DNA of 63,651 nt, the filler included, from Lenisia limosa (taxonomy: Eukaryota > Protista > Breviatea), in the NCBI GenBank assembly GCA_001655205.1. It is 15 parts of 15 records of this genome, joined end to end, with 100 filler letters (N's around TTAATTAATTAA, not from the genome) between each part and the next. Parts side by side here need not be neighbours in the genome. Positions count along the whole stretch, not along the records: positions 1 to 5,094 come from LPNZ01002528.1; positions 5,195 to 9,655 come from LPNZ01007568.1; positions 9,756 to 20,971 come from LPNZ01001366.1; 12 more parts are not named here. One strand, 5' to 3'. Shown one piece after another: positions 1 to 10,055 of the stretch (the first letter of the stretch is position 1; every line of letters begins with the position of its first letter). A model generated the notes under the pieces. The model worked only from the letters and a program-made list of their open reading frames with translations, did not search any database and was not told where the DNA came from. Made by a program: the position numbers and the translations under genes.

Positions 1-63
1 AAAAAAAATGCCCCCCCCCCCACTCCCCCAAACAAAAGAATAATCGACCATCTCACCTCCCAG

Positions 64-3000
64 GTCTCCGAATCGGCTATGTCGATGATGTGGAACTTTG
101 ACCGCGTTTCCAATGAACAGGAAAAGCCTTTCGTTGCTGCCATGGTGCATAAGCAATTTGAGGGAATTGATGTGAGGGAAATGGTGTTTTTGCTTTCGAC
201 CCTCGTGTTTTCCTTAATTAAACTGACATAGTTGGATTATGAACCTTTTTTTTTGTTTCCAAATTGAGGGGGGTGCATGAAGATTAAGGTCTCTTCACAG
301 AAGACTCAACATTTCTTCATTTTATCCATCACAGAAGGGACAACATAAGCAAATGACATGCGCTATTACCCATTGCCAAGCCTTCTGTAGACAGGCCGAA
401 AAGAGCGAGGCGGCTGTCAGGTATGCCAGAACCTGTCGGTTTACAGAAATGTGATAGGCATTTGAGAGAATTGGAAGTTATCAGTAAAGTATGCGGGAAT
501 TTACCAGATGGTTGACAGAAATGTGTCATATAATGACTGCCATTGTCAGTTGTTAGTAAAGCCAATAATCACACACAATTTTTTTTTGCTCTCACCTCCA
601 CAGATATTTTCTCACATCCCCAGTCTTCGCGACCCGAAGAGATGCCTTGAAATCACGCAGTTCTACCTGGAACTTGTGGAGAGAGTCACTGGAGATCCCA
701 ATCAATATCAGCTTGCATTTGCTATGGCTCTATATCGTGAGGGGTGTTTGTGGTTTCACTTCGGTTCGTAAAAAAACCGGTAAAAAACACGATAGTTTTT
801 GAGGATTTATCGAGAAATTTTGGTGTTATGTATTGGGTTTCACTTCGGTTCGGAAAAGACTGAATTTATTGATAAATCGTTGAAAACTATTGAGCCTACA
901 CAGTGTTTGTTAAAATAATAATTGCACGGAGCTCTTTGTTAGGGCTCCGTGCAATTATTATTTATTAAAGTGTCTGAAATTGAGTTTACATTACAATATG
1001 TCGTACTTCAAATTTTGCCATTATTTTTTCAATTAATTGCACGGAGCACTACTGTTTGTACTGTCTTCATAAAACTTACTGTCTAGTTTGCTACTTTGTC
1101 CGGTTTAGTTCAATGTGCCGAAGACGACAGCTTAGCAAAGACCTTTACAGAGGTATAGCAGGGTGCTTTTCAGGACTTTATTGGGTGCTTTTCCATTGGT
1201 TTTGTAGACTGTTGAAGGTTGTTTACATTCACTCCTGTTGTTAAATCATCTCAACGCTCCTTGGATCAGCTCACAGGTTGCTATCTTCGCTGCCCTTGAA
1301 GATATGATGAATAAGGCTTCTCTACAGTTCGAAAAAGACGGAACTTCTTGATAAATCATCGAATATTTTACCGGTCTTTTTCCAACCGAAGTGAAGCCCT
1401 AATAATAAACGTTTGATAATAATCCCTTAATTCAAGAAAAACTTTCCCCTTTATACATGAACATTTAAAAATAATCCTTAAATTCATCAAGAACAACTTA
1501 TTAGATTCCAATTTTATACTTAACAAACAATTCCTTTAATCCATCATCATAGATTATAGTATGTGCCATGATGAAACACAATTAGGGCTTCACTTCGGTT
1601 CGAAAAAGACCTTTAACATATCGATAGTTTTAGAGCATTTATCGAGAAATTTATTCTTTTTTCGAACCGAAGTGAAACCTACTTTGTAACATATGATGAT
1701 GCGTATTATTCCACTTAATTAACCTTATCATAGACTATGATGTGTACCTCCAAAACGCCCTAGAGGAAATGATGACTATTGTTCGTCCGTACCTTGCAAT
1801 CAAAGTTGGGGGTAGGGGAAAAATTGGAAAATAACCCTGTTAGTTAACTCGAATTTTCTCAAAGACGTGAGGGAGAAGTGGAGAAAGGGGATGGAGTACG
1901 ATTGGAAAATTTATGAAACAAAACAATAAGAAACCCAAAATCAGTATATATTTTGGGTTCCTTTTTGTTTTGTTTCATAAATTTTCCAATCGTACTCCAT
2001 CCCCTTTCTCCACTTCTCCCTCACGTCTTTTAGAAAATTATATATTTGGATTACGTGGGAGCATGTGGGGTGATAGGGGAAAGGATGGGCGGATCTTCAC
2101 TTCGGTTCAAAAAAACCGGTTAATTATAGATAGTTTTTTTTTCAACCGAAGTGAAGCCCAAGCTATGGGAGTTTGTGTGTTGGTAATTATTAGTACTCCG
2201 TGCATTTGAAAAAGTGTCTGAAATTGAGTTCCCATAACAGTATGTCTCACTTCAAATTTTGCAGTTAATTTTACAAATAATTGCACGAAGCCATTAATTT
2301 TATGTTTTTTCAATTAATTGAATTAGGATGAAGTTGGATTGAATTTGGCTATTAAGGAGAACATCATCGGGGTCATTACAGCTACCTTTACCAACACCAG
2401 TAGGGGGGAGTGAAATTGTTAAGTGTGTAAAAACCTTTATTTACTCCAGGTTTTTAAAGCAATTAATTTCCTTAGGTTTAATGCTCATTGGGCCTCCCGG
2501 TACCTCCAAAACACTTGCAGTATGCTATATATATAAAATTTATCACCATAAAACGTTTCCCCTTGCAGTATGCTTCGGGCGGGGGCTATTTCGGTAACGT
2601 GAAAATTACAGGTAGTTTAAATTATGACAAGTGTGTTTTTTTGAACAATTTTTTGTATAGCACTTAGTTCATAACATGTATGTATGTTTGTAAGCCATAT
2701 AGTATATATAAAAAAAGATGTCCAGCAGAAAACAATTATGTATTTCGCATTTGGTCAATAAATGGCCTATTAGGGCAATAGTGCTTCTGCTGGTCTTATT
2801 GCATATCAGAGTCAGCATTTTGTTTAAAATTTGATTACTAGTGCATATACATTCCTCCTAAGTTATTTCTGTTTATGCCACCAACATTTCAGGTCAATAT
2901 AGTAATGGATAGCTTCCGCACACTGCACCCCCGTCTTCCTGTTGTTCTTGCGCGTTCGTATCAATGCCACCCTTTGACTGACAGCGGTGAGAGGCTATGC

Positions 3001-4726
3001 TATTTTCTTAGTTTTGTTTTCCTTGGGCCCCCCTTGTGCTCCGTGCAATTAATTTTTTTAAATCTGAAAAGTGGATCGCGTTGTACTGTGTCCCACTTCA
3101 AATTTTGCAATTGTTTTCTTCAATTTTGGATGAGCCCTAACCCCAATGATCCATCGATCCATCTATTCCAACCTCCAATTAACCCTCATGTGTCATAAGT
3201 TTTCCATTTTTACTCCTCTCATGTGTTGTTTGCCAGAGTTGATTTTGGGCTTTTTTTTTGTTTTATTAATTCCAATTATTCTCCGCTTATTTCGAGTAGC
3301 CGCGATTGTGGCAGTCCATGAAGACTCTCAAAGACAGCAATATGATGAGGTGGGGGTTGCAGGGCTTCACTTCGGTTCGAAAAAAATCAGTAAAATATCG
3401 ATATTTATTGAGGATTTATCGAGAAATTCGGTCTTTGTTGAACCAAAGTGAACCCCCAGTATTCAGGGTATATGGAGGGCCAAGGGGTTTACTTTGGTTC
3501 AAAAATAGACTGAAATTCTCGATACCAAAAATATCGATATTTGAAGGACAAATGATTGGGTGAATAAATATTATACTATTTCCAAAATATCTTATAAGCG
3601 TGATGATGTGGACGGCTTTGGCCAGATACAATGTTTTTTTTATTTATTGATATTACGAGGTGTAGTAATACTATTAAATGGTGAGAGGTGGGGGGTGGTG
3701 GCTCCTTACCCCCCACCTCCCTCCTTAGTTTTATTAATAATCCACACATACACATTCTCTCTTATCCCTCCTCCCCCTCAGCGTGTAAAGCTTATGGGCA
3801 ACGACTACGACCTAAATGCCAACATCGACGTTCTGACCTCTTCTTCTGCAAAATGGAGGGCTAATACCATTCTTTTTCTTGATGAGCTTGGTTTGGCCGC
3901 TCAAAACAACAAGAGAACTCTCAAGGTTTGTTGATACGATATACTACTACATAATATATGTATATAGTACATGTTTAGTATATTGAGGGTATAAATACTC
4001 TATGAGATATGATGAGCTTGGTTTGTTAGCACAAAAAACAAGATTAAACACAAGGTATGTAGACATGGTAACCAACTGTCATAAAAAGTCTGCATATCAT
4101 AATATACTACTATTACTTTTAAAACACATCTGAACTGTCATTTTCCACACAAACAAGTAAGTATATCATCACACCATCTAGGTATTGCACCGTATCTCAG
4201 AATCCGACCTGTCGTACATGGCTCATGTTAATCTTGAAAAACCGTTCTCTTCTGTATGCATGGTTGAAAAAAGAACATAAAGACTGAATTTCTTGTTACA
4301 CCGCAAATATCACCCCCCCCCCTAATAAAAAGCCCTTAGCGAAACGTCATGCCATAATCCCCCTTAAATAACGCCTGACAGCAACGTCTGGCCGTAATTG
4401 CGCCAAGTAACTTCGATGTTGACCGCTCAAAGAGGAACCGTGTTATTGCCATTTGCCGTCCTAATGACACCAAAAAGGTGGGGGCTTATGTATAGTTGAG
4501 ACATAGGTTATATTGTATAATATAGTACGTCGAAAAGTCCTTCGTTTACCCCCCCCCCCCTAGGATCTAGTTATCGCGGGNNNNNNNNNNNNNNNNNNNN
4601 NNNNNNNNNNNNNNNNNNNNNNNNNNNNNNNNNNNNNNNNNNNNNNNNNNNNNNNNNNNNNNAAAAACGAAGAATAATGGCAAGCTCAAGGCTCAAGTTC
4701 CCAATATTGTGAACTGCTATCTGCAG
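64..4726 (+). CDS. RNF213/mysterin-like AAA+ ATPase, partial, multi-exon (about 14 exons seen)
   Basis: Stitched GT-AG exons give SLRDPKRCLEITQFY, LNLAIKENIIGVITATFTNT, LMLIGPPGTSKTLA (Walker A), RSYQCHPLTDS, TILFLDELGLAAQNNKRTLK (Walker B) and VIAPSNFDVDRSKRNRVIAICRP. These are colinear with RNF213 motifs as I recall them (SLRDVERC, NLALKENVF, LVGKPGSSKSL, SFQCSPHST, VLDEVGLAE, ISNWALDPAKMNRG). Confidence 0.75.
944..1049. mobile_element. MITE family D copy (TIR gctccgtgcaat...attgcacggagc); other copies at 2191-2292 and 3036-3125
   Basis: 12-bp perfect terminal inverted repeat. Shared internal segments (aaagtgtctgaaattgagtt, cacttcaaattttgc) occur across the copies, all in introns of the RNF213-like gene. 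Confidence 0.7.
1583..1681. mobile_element. MITE family A, full-length copy (~95 bp, TA-flanked)
   Basis: The element reads ta-gggcttcacttcggttcgaaaaaga ... tcttttttcgaaccgaagtgaaacc-ta with an internal gatag...gagcatttatcgagaaatt core. Confidence 0.85.
1852..2039. repeat. Near-perfect ~188-bp intronic palindrome made of two head-to-head family B 3' halves
   Basis: Arm 1852-1941 is the reverse complement of 1950-2039 with about 3 mismatches; 8-nt loop cagtatat. Confidence 0.9.
3362..3456. mobile_element. MITE family A copy; other copies or fragments near 755-895, 1327-1400, 2095-2159, 3485-3545, 9049-9140, 10205-10248, 16855-16925, 18475-18550, 20590-20660, 29754-29830, 49464-49559, 50272-50367, 52746-52822, 53868-53963, 54612-54698, 55999-56067
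   Basis: TIR gggcttcacttcggttcgaaaaa (variant gggcttcctacggtcc) and the core gaggatttatcgagaaattc recur about 20 times. Confidence 0.85.
3550..3645 (+). repeat. Dispersed intronic repeat family C (~100 bp); other copies at about 7251-7359(-), 11843-11895(+), 16262-16320(+), 19238-19330(+), 19822-19890(-), 29515-29552(-), 34188-34240(-), 39070-39110(+), 48622-48670(+), 51360-51480(-, two), 52443-52502(-), 53128-53190(-), 55690-55775(+), 57862-57930(-), 61803-61858(+)
   Basis: Consensus aaatgattgggtgaa...aatatcttataagcgtgatg(a/g)tgtggacggcttcggccagatacaa-T-rich tail, read by eye in about 16 places. No TIR seen. Confidence 0.85.
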
Positions 4727-5033
4727 GTTAGGGATTTATTCGAGCATTGTTTCGATGTGACGCTACTCAAATGTTTGACTTTCCTTGTCCACTCCCCTTT
4801 ACCCATATGCATGCGCGGTGAGAAATGGGGACCCCGAAAATAATATATATCTCAATAAGATATATCATATCACCCTGATTTAAGCCACGGGAGATACAAT
4901 AATGCTTCCTTCCCTATGGCCCAAAAAAGACGAAATTTTTTGATAAATCATTTGTTAGGGAGTGGTGGTGACTTATCGGGCTTCTTTTTATTTTACAGGG
5001 AATATTTTCTGTATTATTAGTTCCGGACACCCC

Positions 5034-5094
5034 CTAACAATGTCTGTAGATCTGTAACAATGTCTGTAGATCTGTAACAATGTCTGTAGATCTG
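5034..5094. repeat. 20-bp minisatellite (taacaatgtctgtagatctg)x3 at scaffold end
   Basis: Three exact tandem units running into the linker. Confidence 0.9.
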
Positions 5095-5194
5095 NNNNNN
5101 NNNNNNNNNNNNNNNNNNNNNNNNNNNNNNNNNNNNNNTTAATTAATTAANNNNNNNNNNNNNNNNNNNNNNNNNNNNNNNNNNNNNNNNNNNN
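5095..5194. other. Artificial scaffold-joining linker N44-TTAATTAATTAA-N44; also at 9656, 20972, 23328, 24920, 27698, 29553, 31012, 33289, 41210, 47585, 53703, 54947, 61086 (each 100 nt)
   Basis: Identical 100-nt construct 14 times; the 12-mer places stop codons in all six frames. Confidence 0.97.
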
Positions 5195-5259
5195 AAGTCT
5201 TGACCTATTTTCCTTGGGAAATCACATAGCAAATCGGTCAAGACTTATCTTGGTCACTG
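5195..5259. mobile_element. MITE family E (CAGTG...CACTG-TA ends); copies at about 18546-18685, 20778-20829, 29332-29490, 49085-49194
   Basis: Shared gaccgatttgctatgt..ttccaaggaaaata and aatcgtatcaggacttatc..gg(c/t)cactg|ta segments. CAGTG/CACTG termini with TA flanks are typical of Tc1/mariner-superfamily elements. Confidence 0.6.
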
Positions 5260-5360
5260 TATATGATATGTATGTCGGGAACGTGGGGTATTGAGGATTA
5301 ATAAAGGATTTATCGAGGTTTTAAATCAATAATCTTGGACTCTTCAAGTTTCCTTCATAC

Positions 5361-8300
5361 CTGAGGGGATTGAGGCAAATGCGTCCACCTTCGCACCAGA
5401 CTTCACCGCTTTTAGGAACCTTTTGGATGAGAAAAGAGGGGGGATTCAGGCAAAAATGACAAAAATGCTCTATTTCCGAAAATATACCATGTTTATCACT
5501 TTTTATTTTCAACAACAGACGCTGTCTCCCCCCCCCCACTGCGGCAATTGCCCGACTAAAAGCATCCCATTGGCAGCACGCCGCTCTGTGCGCCTCTTCA
5601 AGGTCTTCGGCGCTGTGTTGCGGGCTCTCCTGAAAGAAAGTTAATGAGAAAAAAAAGGCAAAAAAAAAAACAACAACACCAACAATAAAACAAACTCAGT
5701 TTTATCAAAAAATAGTATTTTACTCCCCCTCTCTCTCTTTGCCATGAGTATATACTACAAATAAAACGTATTGTATATCATGTCCATGCCTATTGCCCAC
5801 CAAAGGATTAGGCAGAGCTTTGAGCGGTGTTACAGGGGCCTCCTCCACGACCTCGACCTTAGACGTTCTCTTGCTTCTCCGCTTCTCCTTCGGGGCTTTT
5901 GTCTTTGTCTTCGTTTTCTTCGGCTCTTCCACTGTCTACACGGATCAACATTCCAAGGTGAAATATATATGATACACTTTTTTTAAAACATTCTGGGGGT
6001 GGGTGGTGGCATCTATCAACATACATAATTACCCCCCCCCCCCGAGGGATCTCTATGATCCTAGTTTCAATATAGCCTTTACTGCAAGAGAGCCCACCTC
6101 CAGCGGCAGTGCCGGAGGCGGCACGGGGTGATCGGTCACTTTCGAGTGCAGTGCCAGGGAAATGAAGGCCGACCAAAGACGGCCCGTGCCGCGATGATCC
6201 TGGGGGGAGGGGGGGTTATGTGGGTGAGGTAACACGAAGGAAAGAATATTAGCGTCAAGGTACTAGTCAAGGTACTAATCCCATTATGTGAGGGTTATAT
6301 GGGCGGCTACTTTCAAAACTCTTGAAAACCACAAGGCCCGCATTGAAGAGACAGGGGATTATCAAAAACATAGCTCATAAGTCAAGAACAAAGATACCTT
6401 TTTCTCCCCCCCCCCCTCACCTTCAAACTCTTCAACACCACAACAAGGCCTTGTTTAGCGGACCCGGCTCTGACCTCAAGCANNNNNNNNNNNNNNNNNN
6501 NNNNNNNNNNNNNNNNNNNNNNNNNNNNNNNNNNNNNNNNNNNNNNNNNNNNNNNNNNNNNNNNNNNNNNNNNNNNNNNNNNNNNNNNNNNNNNNNNNNN
6601 NNNNNNNNNNNNNNNNNNNNNNNNNNNNNNNNNNNNNNNNNNNNNNNNNNNNNNNNNNNNNNNNNNNNNNNNNNNNNNNNNNNNNNNNNNNNNNNNNNNN
6701 NNNNNNNNNNNNNNNNNNNNNNNNNNNNNNNNNNNNNNNNNNNNNNNNNNNNNNNNNNNNNNNNTGGAGGAGCCGTCGTGACTGCAGTGTAAGCATCATT
6801 CAAATTCCGAGGTAATGGAATAGAGAAATATCCATGCCGCGTAAATAGAGGCTGAAATCCGTATTTGAAACCGCAGTAACGCCATTTTGTTACCCCAATA
6901 TTCTCTTGTATACCCCCCCCCCCCNNNNNNNNNNNNNNNNNNNNNNNNNNNNNNNNNNNNNNNNNNNNNNNNNNNNNNNNNNNNNNNNNNNNNNNNNNNN
7001 NNNNNNNNNNNNNNNNNNNNNNNNNNNNNNNNNNNNNNNNNNNNNNNNNNNNNNNNNNNNNNNNNNNNNNNNNNNNNNNNNNNNNNNNNNNNNNNNNNNN
7101 NNNNNNNNNNNNNNNNNNNNNNNNNNNNNNNNNNNNNNNNNNNNNNNNNNNNNNNNNNNNNNNNNNNNNNNNNNNNNNNNNNNNNNNNNNNNNNNNNNNN
7201 NNNNNNNNNNNNNNNNNNNNNNNNNNNNNNNNNNNNNNTATGCTTGTTGTTGCAATGTGACATAATAAACAAGGTTGTATCTGGCCGAAGCCTTCCACAC
7301 CATCACGTTGATAAGTGATATGGAAACAATACTGATAATAATTCACCCAATCATTTGCCTTACAACTCTATGCACACAGCATACGTTGTTAGAGAAATGT
7401 TTTATTTCTACATCTTTCCTTGTTCCTCTTTATCTAAACATCTCACCTACCAGAGCCATCCATTCTACCCCCACCTACCAGAAGGACCCGGGTGATCAGT
7501 TTTCTTGCGATGTCGTAGTTGCCTCTGACAGACTCCAATCGCGCTCCTAAATCGTAATTCATCCAGTAAAGCAAAATACAGCCGAGCCAAATAGAGCAGA
7601 AATAATACGGAAATAATTGGCCACTGGAAAGGAAGTAATTGGACAAACAGAACGGAAATAATTGAATAGAACGGAAGTAATTGGACAAACCGAGTGGGAA
7701 TGGTAGGTACTTGTGTGATTTGTTTATTGTTAATGGCATCTCTATGTGCCTTTCCTTGCATCCCAACATTTTATTGATTAAAAATGCTATATACTGATCC
7801 CCTCCCCACCTCCAAGCCATATTTTCCACCTTATGCTATCCGGCGCCGTTCTAGCTGCTTGTGAGAGGGCCGCACGGTACCTGGGGGGGGGGGGGNNNNN
7901 NNNNNNNNNNNNNNNNNNNNNNNNNNNNNNNNNNNNNNNNNNNNNNNNNNNNNTAATAGCACAAACCGCTACGATGAAAGGGAAGGGGTGTATAATAATG
8001 ATGGGGGGATTATATCATGCTAGGGAATGTAACTCTGTTGGCTGACAACACACGAGGGTTGAGAACAACAACAAACAAAGAGGTAAGTCGCTCCTGCAGC
8101 ACCGCATCCCAACACCCAATGGGGGTGTGGGGGGATTTAAATTTCAAGGGCCCTAATAAACAACTCTTTTGAACTGATAATCATATTAGTCAGATAAAAA
8201 CCAAATGCATGGTCCTGCGCATTTCCCCCCTAACAGCTTGGCGCTTTCAGGACCCGAGCCATTTCGCTCCTCTGCCACTGCAAGATCATACCACACGCGC

Positions 8301-9313
8301 CACACCAATTCCTGGGGTGAGGGGAGTAAAATGAAGGAAATTCGATGAAGAATACTGGCGTAAAGGGGTAATCACGAACCGAATAATCTGAGAGTAGAAC
8401 AAAAAAAAAACCCCAGAATCAACCTGTTAGTTAGACACACAAGGGCTAAAAACAACAAAACAAACAAGCCCAGACCAGTCGATTCTGCAGGGTGAAAATG
8501 GAAAATTAATGAAATAACAATAACCCAAGAGCAATACACTACCACCCGGAAGAAGAGAAAATTCGAGAAATACAATGCCAAAATCAACTTTCTTCAAGAT
8601 CCCCCCCCCCCCCCNNNNNNNNNNNNNNNNNNNNNNNNNNNNNNNNNNNNNNNNNNNNNNNNNNNNNNNNNNNNNNNNNNNNNNNNNNNNNNNNNNNTTC
8701 CCTCGAATTTCCCATTGCCGTAAGGAGGCAAACCAGAGTGGACCGTAGCGGCTTTGGGCTGACAGGCCCTGAGGGCGGTGAAATTGAAACGTTTATGAAA
8801 CAAGAAAGCAAACCCCAGAAACAACTGTGCAAACAATATTTGAAAAACACACAGGAGTTGAAACAAAGCAAAACACACCACCCGGGCCAGAAGATTCTGT
8901 AATCCTTAGGAGGTAAAGAGGGACCTTCAAATATAAAAGAAACCCTTCTCCCAGTACGCCCTAACCACCACAACAATATCATAAACTGTCAATGATTATC
9001 AAAATCTATCGAGAAATATCAGATACTCATGAAAATTAAACCTCATGATTCACTTTGGTCTGAAAAAGAACGTAGAATATCGATAGTTTTAGAGGATTTA
9101 TCGAGAAATTCAGACATTTTTTCGAACCGAAGTGAACCTAATAAAGCAAGTCAAGCATCTTGTCTATCCATAGCCATAGCATACTATGATATTGTCCCCC
9201 CCCCCCACCTTTTCAATCACGGCCAGAGCGCGGGTGGAGTCACCCAGTCGTTCGTACAGCTTGCATATGTCGGAATACATCGGACCGTGGAACCGTGTTT
9301 CTTGCAGGAGAAA
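5361..9313 (-). CDS. HAT (half-a-TPR) repeat protein, partial, multi-exon
   Basis: Exons read GPMYSDICKLYERLGDSTRALAVIEK|GLSAQSRYGPLWFASLRQWE, ELVWRVWYDLAVAEERNG, APDSIRWKIWLG|GARLESVRGNYDIARKLITRVLL, GTGRLWSAFISL and VPKSGEVWCEGGRICLNPL. These show W-x(6)-E helical HAT-like repeats. Confidence 0.7.
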
Positions 9314-10055
9314 CTACAGGGAAAGTCAAGGACGTTTCTTTGGGACATAATAGGATTAGGGCTGAGGGCAATAATTTTTTTTGAGATAATCAAGCCAATT
9401 TGAAATTAGGTGAACATTTGTCTCAATTACCGTCCCAGGATAATATTCAAGCATTTTATCACTTTTGGGTCATTTTCAGACATGTGTGAACAATCACTGT
9501 CCACGACGTGGCGTGTGACCGACAAGTCTCAAACATGTTCACCATTTCGACTCGGAAGTCGGCCATATGATCATATCACATGGCTATGGTTTAGTAGATA
9601 CCCTCCCTCCCACATCAAGTATCATGCGGGTTAAGATACCCTCCCTCCCACATCANNNNNNNNNNNNNNNNNNNNNNNNNNNNNNNNNNNNNNNNNNNNT
9701 TAATTAATTAANNNNNNNNNNNNNNNNNNNNNNNNNNNNNNNNNNNNNNNNNNNNGGGTGTTTCTAAAAAGCGTTCGCGTTCATGGGAGTGTTCGCGTTC
9801 ATGTATAGTCACCTAAATGTAGAAATCCATTAAGTCTTAGAAATCCGAAGATACTTATTGGAATCCCAAGTCAGCCGTAGTATTTCACTATTTAGGTTGA
9901 CGTTGTGAGGTGTCTCTTCTCTGAGTTCATAGACAAGGCTAAAGTGGTGGGTAATGAGGGTTGCGTGCTATTAATTGGAAAGATGTAAAGTGGAACATAT
10001 CGCTGCTTCAATTACCTTATTAGGCAACTGATTCATTCCTAACTTACCTTTTTAG

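Noticed and set aside
3560-3645. Recurrent short peptides RDDVDGFGQIQ, EDLSRNSVF and GFFFINFPILL in many ORFs, and family C as a box C/D snoRNA
   Set aside because: The peptides are translations of repeat families C, A and B. The box C-like GTGATGA varies to GTGATGG, and no conserved terminal CTGA box D is seen.
6322-7346. Long ORFs spanning N runs (also 40088-41184, 27820-28534, 55337-56001, 57021-57526)
   Set aside because: Their length comes from X-translated gaps, so they are not evidence of coding capacity.
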